A stretch of DNA of 63,544 nucleotides, filler included, from Gonapodya sp. JEL0774 (Eukaryota), in assembly GCA_027604505.1 (NCBI GenBank). It is 38 parts of 38 records of this genome, joined end to end, with 100 filler letters (N's around TTAATTAATTAA, not from the genome) between each part and the next. Parts side by side here need not be neighbours in the genome. Positions count along the whole stretch, not along the records: positions 36,947 to 38,519 come from JADIIX010002932.1; positions 38,620 to 40,191 come from JADIIX010002933.1; positions 40,292 to 41,863 come from JADIIX010002934.1; positions 41,964 to 43,535 come from JADIIX010002935.1; positions 43,636 to 45,206 come from JADIIX010002936.1; positions 45,307 to 46,877 come from JADIIX010002937.1; positions 46,978 to 48,548 come from JADIIX010002938.1; 31 more parts are not named here. One strand, 5' to 3'. Position 1 is the first letter of the stretch, and every line of letters begins with the position of its first letter. The notes beneath the pieces were generated by a model. It made no database searches, was not told the origin of the DNA, and saw only the letters and a list, made by a program, of their open reading frames with translations. The position numbers were made by a program, and so were the translations under genes. Positions 37,039 to 48,548 of the stretch are shown one piece after another.

Positions 37039-37113
37039 GGTCTCGGCTTCCCCTGTAGGGGGGGGAACCCCGGGAAGCCGGAATTTAGTGCTAAATTCCA
37101 ACATCCGCTATAT

Positions 37114-38474
37114 AGGCTTCTCCTTTGGCTGCCCTATGGAGTTACGTCTGTACTTAAGGGGACAAACTCAGGAGTCATTCAAAATACAAAATTCCTTCAG
37201 ATTTAGACTTACAATACTCCAATACATGTACCCATGCATGGGTGCAGGGATCTGAGTACTTTGAGTGTGTTTGACACATTTGCCACCCCATGGGGCAGAG
37301 TGCATACCTAAGGGGACAACGCAGGAAAAATTGAATTTCAAAATTCCTTCACTTATGAGCTCAGCACACTCTTGTTCTCCAGAATATCAAAGGTGCAGGT
37401 AACAGACATGTTTAGACAGTCTTCTCCAATTGGCTGCCCTATGGGGTACTGTTCATACTTAAGGGGACAAACTCAGGAGTCATTCCAAATCCAAAATTCC
37501 TTCAGATTTCGAATTGTCACATTGCAACACATTTACCTATGCATGGGTGCAGGGATCTGAGTACTTTGAGTGTTTTTGATTTTTCCCCCTTGGGGCAGAG
37601 TACGTCCTTCGGAGACAAACTCAGGAATGATTGAACCTCAAGAATTCTTTCACTTATCTACTCACCACACTCTAGGGCCTCAGAACATCAAAGGGTGTTG
37701 GTATCAGACTTGTTTCCAAAGGCTTCTCCTTTGGCTGCCCTATGGGGTTACGTCTGTACTTAAGGGGACAAACTCAGGAGTCATTCAAAATACAAAATTC
37801 CTTCAGATTTAGACTTAGGATACTGCAATGCATATACCCATGCATGGGTGCAGGGATCTGAGTACTTTGAGTGTGTTTGACACATTTGCCTCCCCATGGG
37901 GCAGAGTGCATACTTAACCCTACAAACTCAGGAATAATTGAACTTCAAAATTTCTTCACTTATCATCTCAGCACACTCTAGTTCATCTGAATATCAAAGG
38001 TTGCAGGTATCAGACATGTTTAGACAGTCTTCTCCATTCGGCTGCCCTATGGGGTACTGTTCATACTTAAGGGGACAAACTCAGGAATCATTCAAACTCC
38101 AAAATTCCTTCAGATTTAGACTTAGGATACTCCAATGCATATACCCATGCATGGGTGCAGGGATCTGAGTACTTAGAGAGTGTTTGACCCATTTGCCTCC
38201 CCATGGGGCAGAGTGTGTACTTTAAGGGACTAACTCAGGAATGATTCAATCTCAAAATTCCTTCCCTTATCAACTCAGCACACTCTGGTTCATCAGAGTA
38301 TCAAAGGGTGTAGGTATCAGACATGTTTTGAAGGTCATCTCTGTAGGTCGGCCCTAAGCGAAACAGTTCGTACTTAAGGGGACAAACTCAGGACTCATCC
38401 AATTTCAAAAATTCCTTCAGATCTGAGCTCTACTGATCCAATTGCATCTACCTATGCATGGGTGCAGGGATCAG
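37114..38474. repeat. Satellite-like tandem array, ~305-bp unit, about 4.5 copies
   Basis: Anchor CTTAAGGGGACAAACTCAGG at 37153, 37458, 37759, 38066 and 38373 (spacing 301-307 bp), with a related half-unit copy between anchors. Confidence 0.93.
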
Positions 38475-38619
38475 ACGACTTTTGGTTCTGGCCCAACCCA
38501 AACCCGACATCCCTATGTANNNNNNNNNNNNNNNNNNNNNNNNNNNNNNNNNNNNNNNNNNNNTTAATTAATTAANNNNNNNNNNNNNNNNNNNNNNNNN
38601 NNNNNNNNNNNNNNNNNNN

Positions 38620-39841
38620 CCGTTCACAAAGGTTTGGTCCACTGAGGAACCGGCGCCGTTGGATGGGTTGACGATGGCGGTGATGGGGACGCCTGGGTGG
38701 CGGGACTTGGCGGCGGCGAGGGCAGGCCAGTGGACCGAGTCGGGATACATGTAGAGAGGAACGAGCAGGGTGACGGAGGACGTTGAGCTTGGTGGCGGCG
38801 GGGGTGGTGGTGGTGGGGGCGGTGGGGGTGGCGTGGGAGGTGGAGGTGGAGGAGGTGGTGGAGGTGTTGGTGGAGGGGGTGGCGCGGTTGGGGGCGAGGG
38901 TGCTTTGGTCGCTGGTGGAGGAGGCGTCATCGATGGTGGCGATGGTGGTGACGGCGCTGATGAAATCGGGGTAGCCACTACCGCAGATACAGATGCAGAC
39001 ACGGGGTCAATCTTGGAACTCGAACTGTCAGCGACCAACCCAGTTTGCGAAGGTGCCGGGACCCCGAGAGTCGTGCCCGAGCCAGTTTCTCCGGGTGCGA
39101 TACTAGGAGCTGCTGGAGGGAGAGCTGTGGTGAGGAATGTGGGAGTTTTTGGATTGGTGGAGACCGTGAAGCGATATGACATGCAGTGCAACAAAGAATC
39201 AACGTCGATGTAGAAGTCAATAGGCCACGAAATCCAGACCATAATATAGATGGTTGAGCGGTGATCAGAACAACGCCACATAGTTTGAGGAGGAATATCA
39301 GATTGCGGTCACTCATTGTTAGTTCAAGCAAAAAGGAAACCGGGACATCCGGTACGAAGGCGAAAGGACCCAACGCACCGATAGGAGTAGCCAATCCAGC
39401 ATTGCTGTAAACATGAGTACTCGCAGTGGAGTGCGATGTGGTCGCACCAGAGTCAGACCCTGATGTGACGATATCCTGTATGGCCCCTTGTGCTACAGGC
39501 TCCGCTCCTGTTCCAGTGCTAGCTGTTGAGGACGACAAACCCGCGCTTGATACCACCGCTGCTGCGTTTTTGTTGTTTGTGACGACAACGCCGACGACGA
39601 TGCAGAGCGTCAGAACCAGCGCAATGGCCCCCGCAATGATTCCCCTCCTTTTCCAACGCTTGCTCCCCGAGTTCTGTAAGCGATTACGAGAAAAGTCCAG
39701 AGCGGGTGGGTACTCGGCGGAAGCTGGAATCGACGGTGGATACGAGCGTTGAGAGGACGGAGGGTAAGAGGGCTCCGGGTGCGCGGGCATCCGGTACCAG
39801 GGGGGCACGTCCAGCGCGCTTCTGCTCTCAAAGTGATCCAT
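38620..39841 (-). CDS. Type II membrane protein with poly-Pro linker and spherulin-4/GH135-like domain (3' partial)
   Basis: KRWKRR + TM GIIAGAIALVLTLCIVVGVVV; Ser/Thr/Pro stalk; VPLYMYP...W..L...HP...ITAIVNPSNGAG, the N-terminal strands of spherulin-4/Sph3. Confidence 0.75.
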
Positions 39842-40291
39842 CGTCGTCGTCAAAAGTCGGGCAGGAAGCGGCCCACTCGAGCTGATACTTTTGTCGACTG
39901 CGCCGGTGTTTGGTTTCCCCTGCGGTGTGTGTTCAGGAGGGAAGAGGCACTGAAGCCAAATGAAATGCTCGCCCTTTTTTTCCAAATTCGGGTCCATCAA
40001 GCGACCCAAACAAAAATAGATTTCATTCTTGCTTTTAGAGTACGGACTTGGAATCTTGTGCGAAAGTGTAACGACCCGGATTCTCGGTAAAACCTCATGA
40101 TCCGTACCGCCACGAATCTCCAATCCATGGAACGATTGATCTTCTCCATGTCACAATGCCATTTTCTTAACTCGATCTCCTCTAAGGTACCNNNNNNNNN
40201 NNNNNNNNNNNNNNNNNNNNNNNNNNNNNNNNNNNTTAATTAATTAANNNNNNNNNNNNNNNNNNNNNNNNNNNNNNNNNNNNNNNNNNNN

Positions 40292-41246
40292 CGCCAGGGT
40301 GGGATACGGTGTGGAAAGCTATGTTCAGAGAAAGGTGGAAATATGATTATACTTTGTGCGTTTCACTTAGTGATCAACCAAACCAACAGATCTACGCACG
40401 TGATGCTCCAATCCAAGCTTTTCTGCAACACAAAGCTTGTAAAAGCCCCTCTGCAACACCGGATGCAACACTGTGACCGCCGCGATCCCTACCGCGCCTC
40501 CGAGAGGCACGAGATGCGATCCAGGGACTTGGGCTCCCAGTTGCGCGTAGACAGTCCCTACGAATCATCATGGAGCAGTTGCTTGTCACGAAAAACGTAC
40601 GAAGATGCATACGGTAACGGTATGTCTGTTTCGCTCACCAGGACACGCCCCTGCCAGTGCGAACCCGCTGCCCAACACAGCGCTTCCCACGGCCACTGCC
40701 ACCATACCCCTGGCACCCCGATCCTTTTGGTACGCCTTTCTCACCGCCCTAAATTTCGTCCCATCAGCCAACGTCACGTCCGCCAGTTCAGCGACGGCGA
40801 ACACGACCTGGGAGGTGGCCACCGCGGCAAGGAACATTGTGGCCATGGTGAAGTCGGTGAGGAGCATTTGGGATTGGATGAGGTGGGGTTCGTAGACCTG
40901 CGTGGGTGTGCGTGGGTGTGGATCGACATTCGAATTGAAAGGGTGCGTGATGGTTGTCAGCTAGATCATCGGATCCCAAGCGAGATTCGTCTAGACCTAC
41001 CCTCCCCTTTTGCAAAACACCTCCAAACACGAGTCCCGTACCGCCGTACCCTACAACCTCCCGCAAAATTCCGAGTCTGAGCCGTTCCTTCGACTCCTCC
41101 GGCGCCCCGGACTTGCTCGCGTCGTCGAGCCGCTCAGCCGACAGGGTCATCCCTTCCGGGGTTTCATCGGCCGGAAGATGAACCTGCCGGCCAAGGCCGA
41201 CCCCGCCCAACTTGGGCCCGTTCTCGGTACGTGATGGAATAACCAT
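40292..41246 (-). CDS. YeeE/YedE-family sulfur-compound transporter (3' partial)
   Basis: Spliced GLVFGGVLQKGR/VYEPHLIQSQMLLTDFTMATMFLAAV...GSAVLGSGFALAGACP/GTVYAQLG, containing the conserved GxCPG motif. Confidence 0.82.
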
Positions 41247-43811
41247 GATCGATAGTGTCAAACAAAACTAGAGAGAGCGCAAAAGTTCCTTTATGACACG
41301 ATGCGCTGACTGGATCAGGAGGTCCGAGCCGGGGTGACTAAGCATTAGAGTTGGGGATGCACTACCGATGGCGCCATTTTTGTGTCGGCTGAGTGCGACA
41401 GAAAAAACAAACGAGACGGCGGGCGCAGACGACGACGGTATCGATTGAGAAAAAAGTGCATCCAGCTTACTACAGATGTGAGTGCGTGATTGGCGTAGTC
41501 AGTTGCGTGTTTTATTTCTGTTCGCACGCGGTGTCGCCACTCGAGCGTAATACCCCGATTGAAGGTCGGCGAGGGCGGGTTTCGTCACCACGAAATAGGA
41601 AATTATTGTGGAAAGATGGATCGGATGAAATCCAAGTTCGCCCACTCTGGCGGTTCTTTGGCCACACATACAACGGAAGCGCGACTGTTGGTCATGGTAA
41701 TCGCAAGAAAAATTATGCGTTGGGCATTTCACAAAGTTAGAAAAACGTGACGAAGTCTGATTATAGACGGATCACGTATACTGTTCACTATAACTAATTA
41801 TGTTCCAGGAATACAGACTGATATTTTACCACCGAATGACAAACACACAGGAAGATCAAAACTNNNNNNNNNNNNNNNNNNNNNNNNNNNNNNNNNNNNN
41901 NNNNNNNTTAATTAATTAANNNNNNNNNNNNNNNNNNNNNNNNNNNNNNNNNNNNNNNNNNNNACTCCCTTTTGGAGTGCCTTCTGATTAAGATCGAGTC
42001 ACATTTCGCACAGAACATCATGGATACTGAGCATCCACAGAAATTCGCGTCTTCCCACTGTGCTGGGGCTCAGTGTGACTTACAAGAAGAAGGCCGCAAC
42101 CTCTTCCAACACTGTACGGATGCGGGACGTTGCGTTGCTTTGCATGTGACGGGTTGATTTTTCATGACGATCTGAGATTATGTATAGAATCATATTTACA
42201 AGCTCTCAATAAACGGTTACTGCTATGTGAACTCTCCCAATTACATTAATAAAACGCCCGAGGCTTTTATGAACTCCGCGATCAATCCGTTCTCAAATGA
42301 AGTTCTTTCCACTCCATACACAGTGTAAAACTTCGCATTATTGTCCATTGTAACTTCTGCAAGCTATTCCGTTGCCCTGGGCAGAGGAGGTAATCCGAGC
42401 TTGTCGATCGGTGTTTTCACCAGCGGAGAATCTGGTAAGGCCGCTCGATCATCGTCCCCGAGAGCGTATCTCGTCTCCCCGATATGAGTTTCTGGTATGC
42501 GTATGTGGTTTCGCCGATGGAGAGGATGAAGGAGACCGTCATTGGTTGGCGATGGACCCAGATGGTGGGGTGTATTGTTTAGTTGCGCACAACTCATAGA
42601 CGTTGGAGTATCGGTTTGCAGAAACGAAATATTGATTTTCTCTGAAGACTTGAATATTGCAATGCTTCAATTGCGTGCAATGCTTCAATTGCACTGTAAT
42701 TCCGGCTTTTATGCTCGATGAGGTCTGTTTTATGTGTACCACGAAACACACCTGGTGCTTTCGTCAGCATGACGACAAATCAGTGGAAGCGCCTGGAACC
42801 TGCTCGAAAAGCCTGGAGGAGTCGCGCAATTACATCCCACCGACATGAAATTCTCACTAGTCCACATATACTCCGAGAAGAGAAAATGTATCGAAACGCA
42901 CCTGTCCAACAGACCGTGATGTTTGACGCGGCAAGCTCTTATGTAAGCACGGCTCCATGATTTATGGAGCACATCGGCAGAAGAAGGATCGATTAGCCTT
43001 CTGCGATGTATTTATGTTGGAAACTGCTACATTATTCACTTTGGCTTGATACAATGCGTGACCTGCACGAGATCTCGGCAAGCAAAATGCAAAACGTGAT
43101 TCCTCTGAAACGACCTCTTTCCAGGGAGACAACAAGATTGTATGGATCCTTCAGCTGATTACCACTGTTGAAATGCTTATTCTAAGAGAGAAGATCGCAG
43201 TTTTGTACCGTCCAACGGACTCACCCTCCTCCTTGCGACCACCACTGGCCCTCTCGGTATTACGACGGCTCTCGGGCGAGCTACCGCTGCTCCCAGAAGC
43301 ATTCCTGTAGCGGTGGCTGGATGGCGATAGCATTTCCGTGTCAGAAGATTGTACTGATACAACTCTTGACGGCAAAACTTGTGCAGATCTGATCATGCAA
43401 GTCCTCACCTCCGGCCCCAGTGTTGGGGTGAGCTTGGGGAACTGGAGCTGGTTTCGGGGCCTCTTGCATAATTATTGTTGTGTGAGTGGCTGCTAAACAA
43501 AATGACGAGGCGCCATTGAGTACGGATTAATGGAANNNNNNNNNNNNNNNNNNNNNNNNNNNNNNNNNNNNNNNNNNNNTTAATTAATTAANNNNNNNNN
43601 NNNNNNNNNNNNNNNNNNNNNNNNNNNNNNNNNNNGTTAGTTTGGTAGGTACATTCTATTCAGTGCTTTTACGTGTGCAAACTTCTCTAAATAACTCTGA
43701 GGCCAGAAACAAACAGTCAAAACCCTCCAGGGGTTGACCGAGTTGTGAAAAAAATTAAGAAAGAACAGTGATTCTGCAATCGGCATTTCCGACCCTCATG
43801 CAATCCAACGT

Positions 43812-45206
43812 TCACACTCTTTGATCCTGCGCACGAGCAGCAACGACATTTGTGACGTCCACAAATCGCTCGTTCTCTAGCTCCATACCACCACGCTCGA
43901 ATACTATGTGTGAGTGGCGTACCAAGAGTTACTTCTTGAGACAGAGGGACGAGAGCATACAGCAAACAAGCTCACCTGTCATGTTCGCCTTCCGTCCGAC
44001 ATACTCTCCCTCTCGAATAATGCTCAGGATAGGCAATATGAACAAAACGAGCGCCACGATCAAAAGACCTGCGTTTGTGTAGTGGCCGCGAATGTAAAGC
44101 GGGAAGTCGGTGGACTGGTAGATCTGACCACCGAGAGCTCCTCCTGAATGCCGTTTGAATGATGGAATGGACAAGAAAGTGTGAAGATCAAGAACAGAAG
44201 CACGCGTGGTGCGTAAATATCGTCTCGACCTCTCGTGGTCACATACCAATGTTACCCAAGGCCAACGTGATCCCAGACCTCGCAGCCGTCCTAGACGTGC
44301 CCTTTGTTGAAATGGTGCTCATGCCTACGATGAGGGGGACGACTACACGTGCGTGGCGAATCACGAGTCAAAATCACCACACCATCACATGACGACCGTC
44401 TTCGCACGTCCACCTTCCTTTGGGAAACTTACTTCCATTCGTGAATGTGACCAAAAAGAGCAACCCATAGCGTCCGTATGGTGTAAGGGGGCCTTGAACG
44501 GTCGCCAACAGAAAGTATCCCGCGATGGAGGGGACGAGGCATGCCAAACCGTGGAAGAGTTTTTCCTGTATCAGTGATGCGATGCAAAAGGAGCAGGATC
44601 TGGTAAGTCCATGAGCTGGCAGGTGAGATTCTTTGATGATCATCACCGACCTGGAAGTAGTCGGAAGAAAAATTGCTGTACACATAACGCGAAAGAGAAA
44701 CTGTGAATACAACGGTTGCCATCAGGAGTGTCAGTCGTCTTTTATACACTTACATCAAGATGATCCAAATGGCAGCGCACAGAGTCGTTGGGATTGTGAG
44801 AAGCTGCGCTTGTGTGGAAACGAAACCCATCGTTTGGATTACCTGGTAGAGATTCGGTGTTTACATACGAGGACGCGTTCGAGTTTGATCTGGTACCACT
44901 CACGATAGGAATAAAGTACGCGATGGCATACGCGGTGATCAAGGTGAGCATCAGCGCGAAACTCAGCGAGTACATCCTCCAGTCCTTGAATGCGTCCAGA
45001 ATCTCGCTCGGAACCATGTTCTTGGAGACGACGGATGGACCGGTAGGGGGAAGACGGCCGATGACGATTTCTTTTTCACGGGTGGTCAGGAACGAGCAGG
45101 TTTGTGGGTAGTCCTAGAAGTGACAAGAAGGGTGAGAACACCCCCCGCCGACACAAAGCGACCTGATCCGACTGACAGGCAGAACAAACCACGTTAGTAC
45201 TCCAAG
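43812..45206 (-). CDS. MFS transporter, allantoate permease (ACS/Dal5)-like, C-terminal half
   Basis: DYPQTCSFLTTREK, AFKDWRMY, MGFVSTQAQLLTIP, GTSRTA...GNIG/GALGGQIY...P.Y.RGH. Confidence 0.87.
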
Positions 45207-45306
45207 NNNNNNNNNNNNNNNNNNNNNNNNNNNNNNNNNNNNNNNNNNNNTTAATTAATTAANNNNNNNNNNNNNNNNNNNNNNNNNNNNNNNNNNNNNN
45301 NNNNNN

Positions 45307-46877
45307 TGGGAGTGGCTGTTGCTCGATATCAAGGTGGTACTATGACCCCACGGTGGCTTGAGTGGCATAAAACGTGAGGCTGTGTCTCCGCTCTAGCTCA
45401 AAGTCATTCGGCAACGTTCAACTCCTTCTTTAATTTCCAGCCTCTCGACCCTTTACTATGGTTCCATAACACTTACCTTTATGAGCGCCATGGGAGGACA
45501 GATCGCGAGTGGCGCGATCATTGAGTATGTCAATGGGTCTCTGTTGATCAAATGGCACCCTGTGCTGGGTAAGAATGTTTTGGCGACGTACTTTTTCGCT
45601 TCCTAATCGCCCATTTAATATCGACCCAACCAGGTGTCGTCACATACTTTGTTTGTGCTCTTACTGTTGTTCTGGGATACATCTCCGCCATGTACTTTCA
45701 GATCCGCATCGGGCGTGACATTTTTATCCGGCACCAACTTCTCATCAGACAGCTGCACAAAACCTTCGGATACTTTGTGTTCGCGGTGTCTGTCGTCGTT
45801 TCCACTTGGGGTTGTTACGACATGGCGATCGGCGATCCGTTGGCAACAACGCTCTTTGCGATTCTGGCTGTCTCTATTCCCACCGGTCTCTTCTATCTTG
45901 GAGAGCGCGATCGAAAAGTTCTCCTCAAAGAGCTCATCCGCCGCAAATCCTCGTTTGCAACTGAAAGTCGAGATGGAGCACAAACCAATACAGCGTTTCC
46001 GACTTTGAAGAAGCAGCTGCCGAAAATGACGTGGGACGAGTGAGTGGGGCTCATGCCGATTTTTGAAATGGCCACGACGACAAGAAACGTAATAACAATG
46101 AACCTTGAATTTGCGCACCACCAACAATGCCCTGACCGTCAGCGTCAACAATGCTGTATTAGAAGGGGAACAGCTCATTGTGATAGACGATATCATCTAT
46201 CACATTGAGAGTTTCCTCTCAGGTCTGTCCACATGACGTTCGTCGAGAATTTCTGTCATGTTGCTCAGCCAGCACCTCTCTCTGCTCTCTCCCACCATCG
46301 CAGTCCACCCCGGCGGAACCCGCGGCCTCAAGGCCTACATTGGCCAAGACGCAAGCAGAGTATTCGCTGGAGCTGAACCCATGTCCGCCGCCCCTTCCGA
46401 AAAACCCCAAGCGGATCTCCACCTCCCCTCCATCGTGCACGCCCACTCTCGCGTGGCAAGATACCAGCTGCAAAGCATGGAGTATGGCCGCCTCGTAGAA
46501 CGAAGGAGTAGATCCATGTCGAGCGCGGGTGCCAACGGCACGTTGAGGAGGACGAGCACGGCAGGGTCCAGGAACGCGAGCATTGTAGTGGATCCGGCGA
46601 GGCCCAGTACGCTGGATCGGTCGATTGGCAAGTTGAGGGAGAATTCGGCCACGAATGGGAAACTTTTGACACCGGGGGACGTGAACCCGCCCCCTCTGGT
46701 TTTGAAATCGTCCTTGACCGACACGCTCAAGGTTCCCCTTAAGGATCCAGAACAGTTCACGCCGTGTGAAGTGGCCGTGAAAGAAACCGCCAACTCGGCC
46801 CTGGCTGATCGGGTGATTTTACACCTGCGGCTTGACATTTTGTCATCAGAAACGCTCGTCATGCGACCAGGCAGCTA
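45307..46877 (+). CDS. Fusion of cytochrome b561-like TM domain, cytochrome b5 heme-binding domain and probable FAD-binding domain (partial at both ends)
   Basis: GVAVARY..RWLEWHK/TL...KWHPVLG...RQLHKTFG (three b561-type His); LPKMTWDE/V...LIVIDDIIYHIESFL/VHPGG...IGQDASRVF...HAHSRVARYQL (b5); DPEQFTPCEVAVKE...LRL...MRPGS. Confidence 0.72.
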
Positions 46878-47150
46878 NNNNNNNNNNNNNNNNNNNNNNN
46901 NNNNNNNNNNNNNNNNNNNNNTTAATTAATTAANNNNNNNNNNNNNNNNNNNNNNNNNNNNNNNNNNNNNNNNNNNNCTCTACCCGGCAGGCAGATGTGT
47001 ACAGCAATGTCGTCATGTTGTATGGTATTGTAAACAATTCATCTGCTTGTATAAAACTTCAATATTGTTTCGATTCCACCTTTGAAAATCGGAGTACCAA
47101 TGCAATACAATACAGCAAATGCTCAAACAGACGGCAGTCACTAGGAAATT

Positions 47151-48548
47151 TCAAGTCCATGAATATTCACCACCCCACGAATTCCTTCGCACGAGCTCAA
47201 CGTCAGTCGTGACACGTTCATCTCCTCCACTTGCAATTCGGGTCTCGTAAGAGTCTCCACCCCATGGTCGGTAGCTCTCGTCTCCCATCGTTTGTGCACG
47301 TCGGGGAAGAGTATGTGGAGTTCCTGTCCCCACAGGTATCCTCGGTAACGACAAATTATCGCGCATATTAGGATTTGATGTGGACAACGCGGGAGGTGCA
47401 TATTGCATTATGACGTCGACTCCTGGAGGGCCCGAAAGTTGTTGCCTCATATCATGACCAACAACTTCCGACAAATTCGGCGCCGACGGTATAATTGTCT
47501 CCCGAAACTGAACTCCCGAATTTCTCCATCCCGCAGCTTCAACGGTTATAATTGGCGAATATTGATCCATCCGTGCAGACATGATTCCAGAGACAGGGAT
47601 GTCACGATTCATCAGAGGAGGACTCGGACGGATAGGGCTGAAAGGCCGTATCGCTGGTTGCGAAGTAGCTTTGACGCATGTGAGAGGGAAGTGGCCAGAG
47701 GATCCCGTGCGATAATTGATACCCTAAAGGGTCAGAAGGGCCAGCATCGGTGTGAGGCGATGGACGCACAGCTTCAAAAACTTGACGTTTGCTTCAAACT
47801 TTGCAACTCACTGTTCCCCAACCATCCTCGAACGCCGTTTCAAGGAACACCTCGTCTCCCACACTCAATGTTATCTCGTCAGCCGCTCTTGCATGAAACT
47901 CTGAGACCACGCACATCAAAGCATTAATAATTCTGGTGTGATGTGGGTTTTGCAAGGTCGGTGTGCGGCTCAGATGCTCCATATGAGCAGTTCCTCTGGC
48001 ATGTTCGACACCAGCGGAGGGTACGTTACGAAGTGCCGCCATTTCTGCTTCTAGGGTTCCAATCTTAGACAAATGGGCTTCATTTTGTGCACGAAGCGCT
48101 TCCTGAGTTGCTTTGAGTGCGGAGTTTTGGCTCGTGACTTCGGCAAGCTGGCGCTCAAGGGAGGTGACTTTGCTTTCAAACAGAGCAAGGCGTAAAGAAA
48201 GTTCATCGATGTGGGGAAGACCTGCAACCTCCATAGCGGCTTGCAACGGGCTGGGAGGACGAGATGTGGGAGTGCTTGAAGCGACCGCACTACCTAGACG
48301 CGGAAGCGAAGGAAGCTGCTGACCATTGTTGAGCTTAGCGAGGTGCTTTTGAAATGTTTCGAGGTATCGAATATCCTGCATCCTTCTTGCATGCTCCAAC
48401 TCGCTCTCGGTCACCACAGCGTTGTGTCTCAAGAGCTGTTCCACAATGTCGAGGTTCGGTCTCAGCACGATTCGGACAAACGTATCATCCTTCTTACTGC
48501 CATCCACTCGCACAGATCCTCCCAGTTTATTCACACCGATTGTGCCAT
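47151..48548 (-). CDS. Coiled-coil + SH3-domain protein (5' partial)
   Basis: VVSEFHARAADEITLSVGDEVFLETAFEDGWGT/GINYRTGSSGHFPLTCV is an SH3 domain split by an intron. Upstream coiled coil. Confidence 0.85.

Noticed and set aside
36895..38168. ORFs in the telomeric/satellite contig (PNPNPN, repeated YLRGQTQESF)
   Set aside because: These are translations of tandem repeats. Frames are not preserved between units.
42658..42692. 18-bp tandem duplication (TGCAATGCTTCAATTGC twice); similar 13-bp duplication at ~27706
   Set aside because: Isolated local duplications with no element between the copies.
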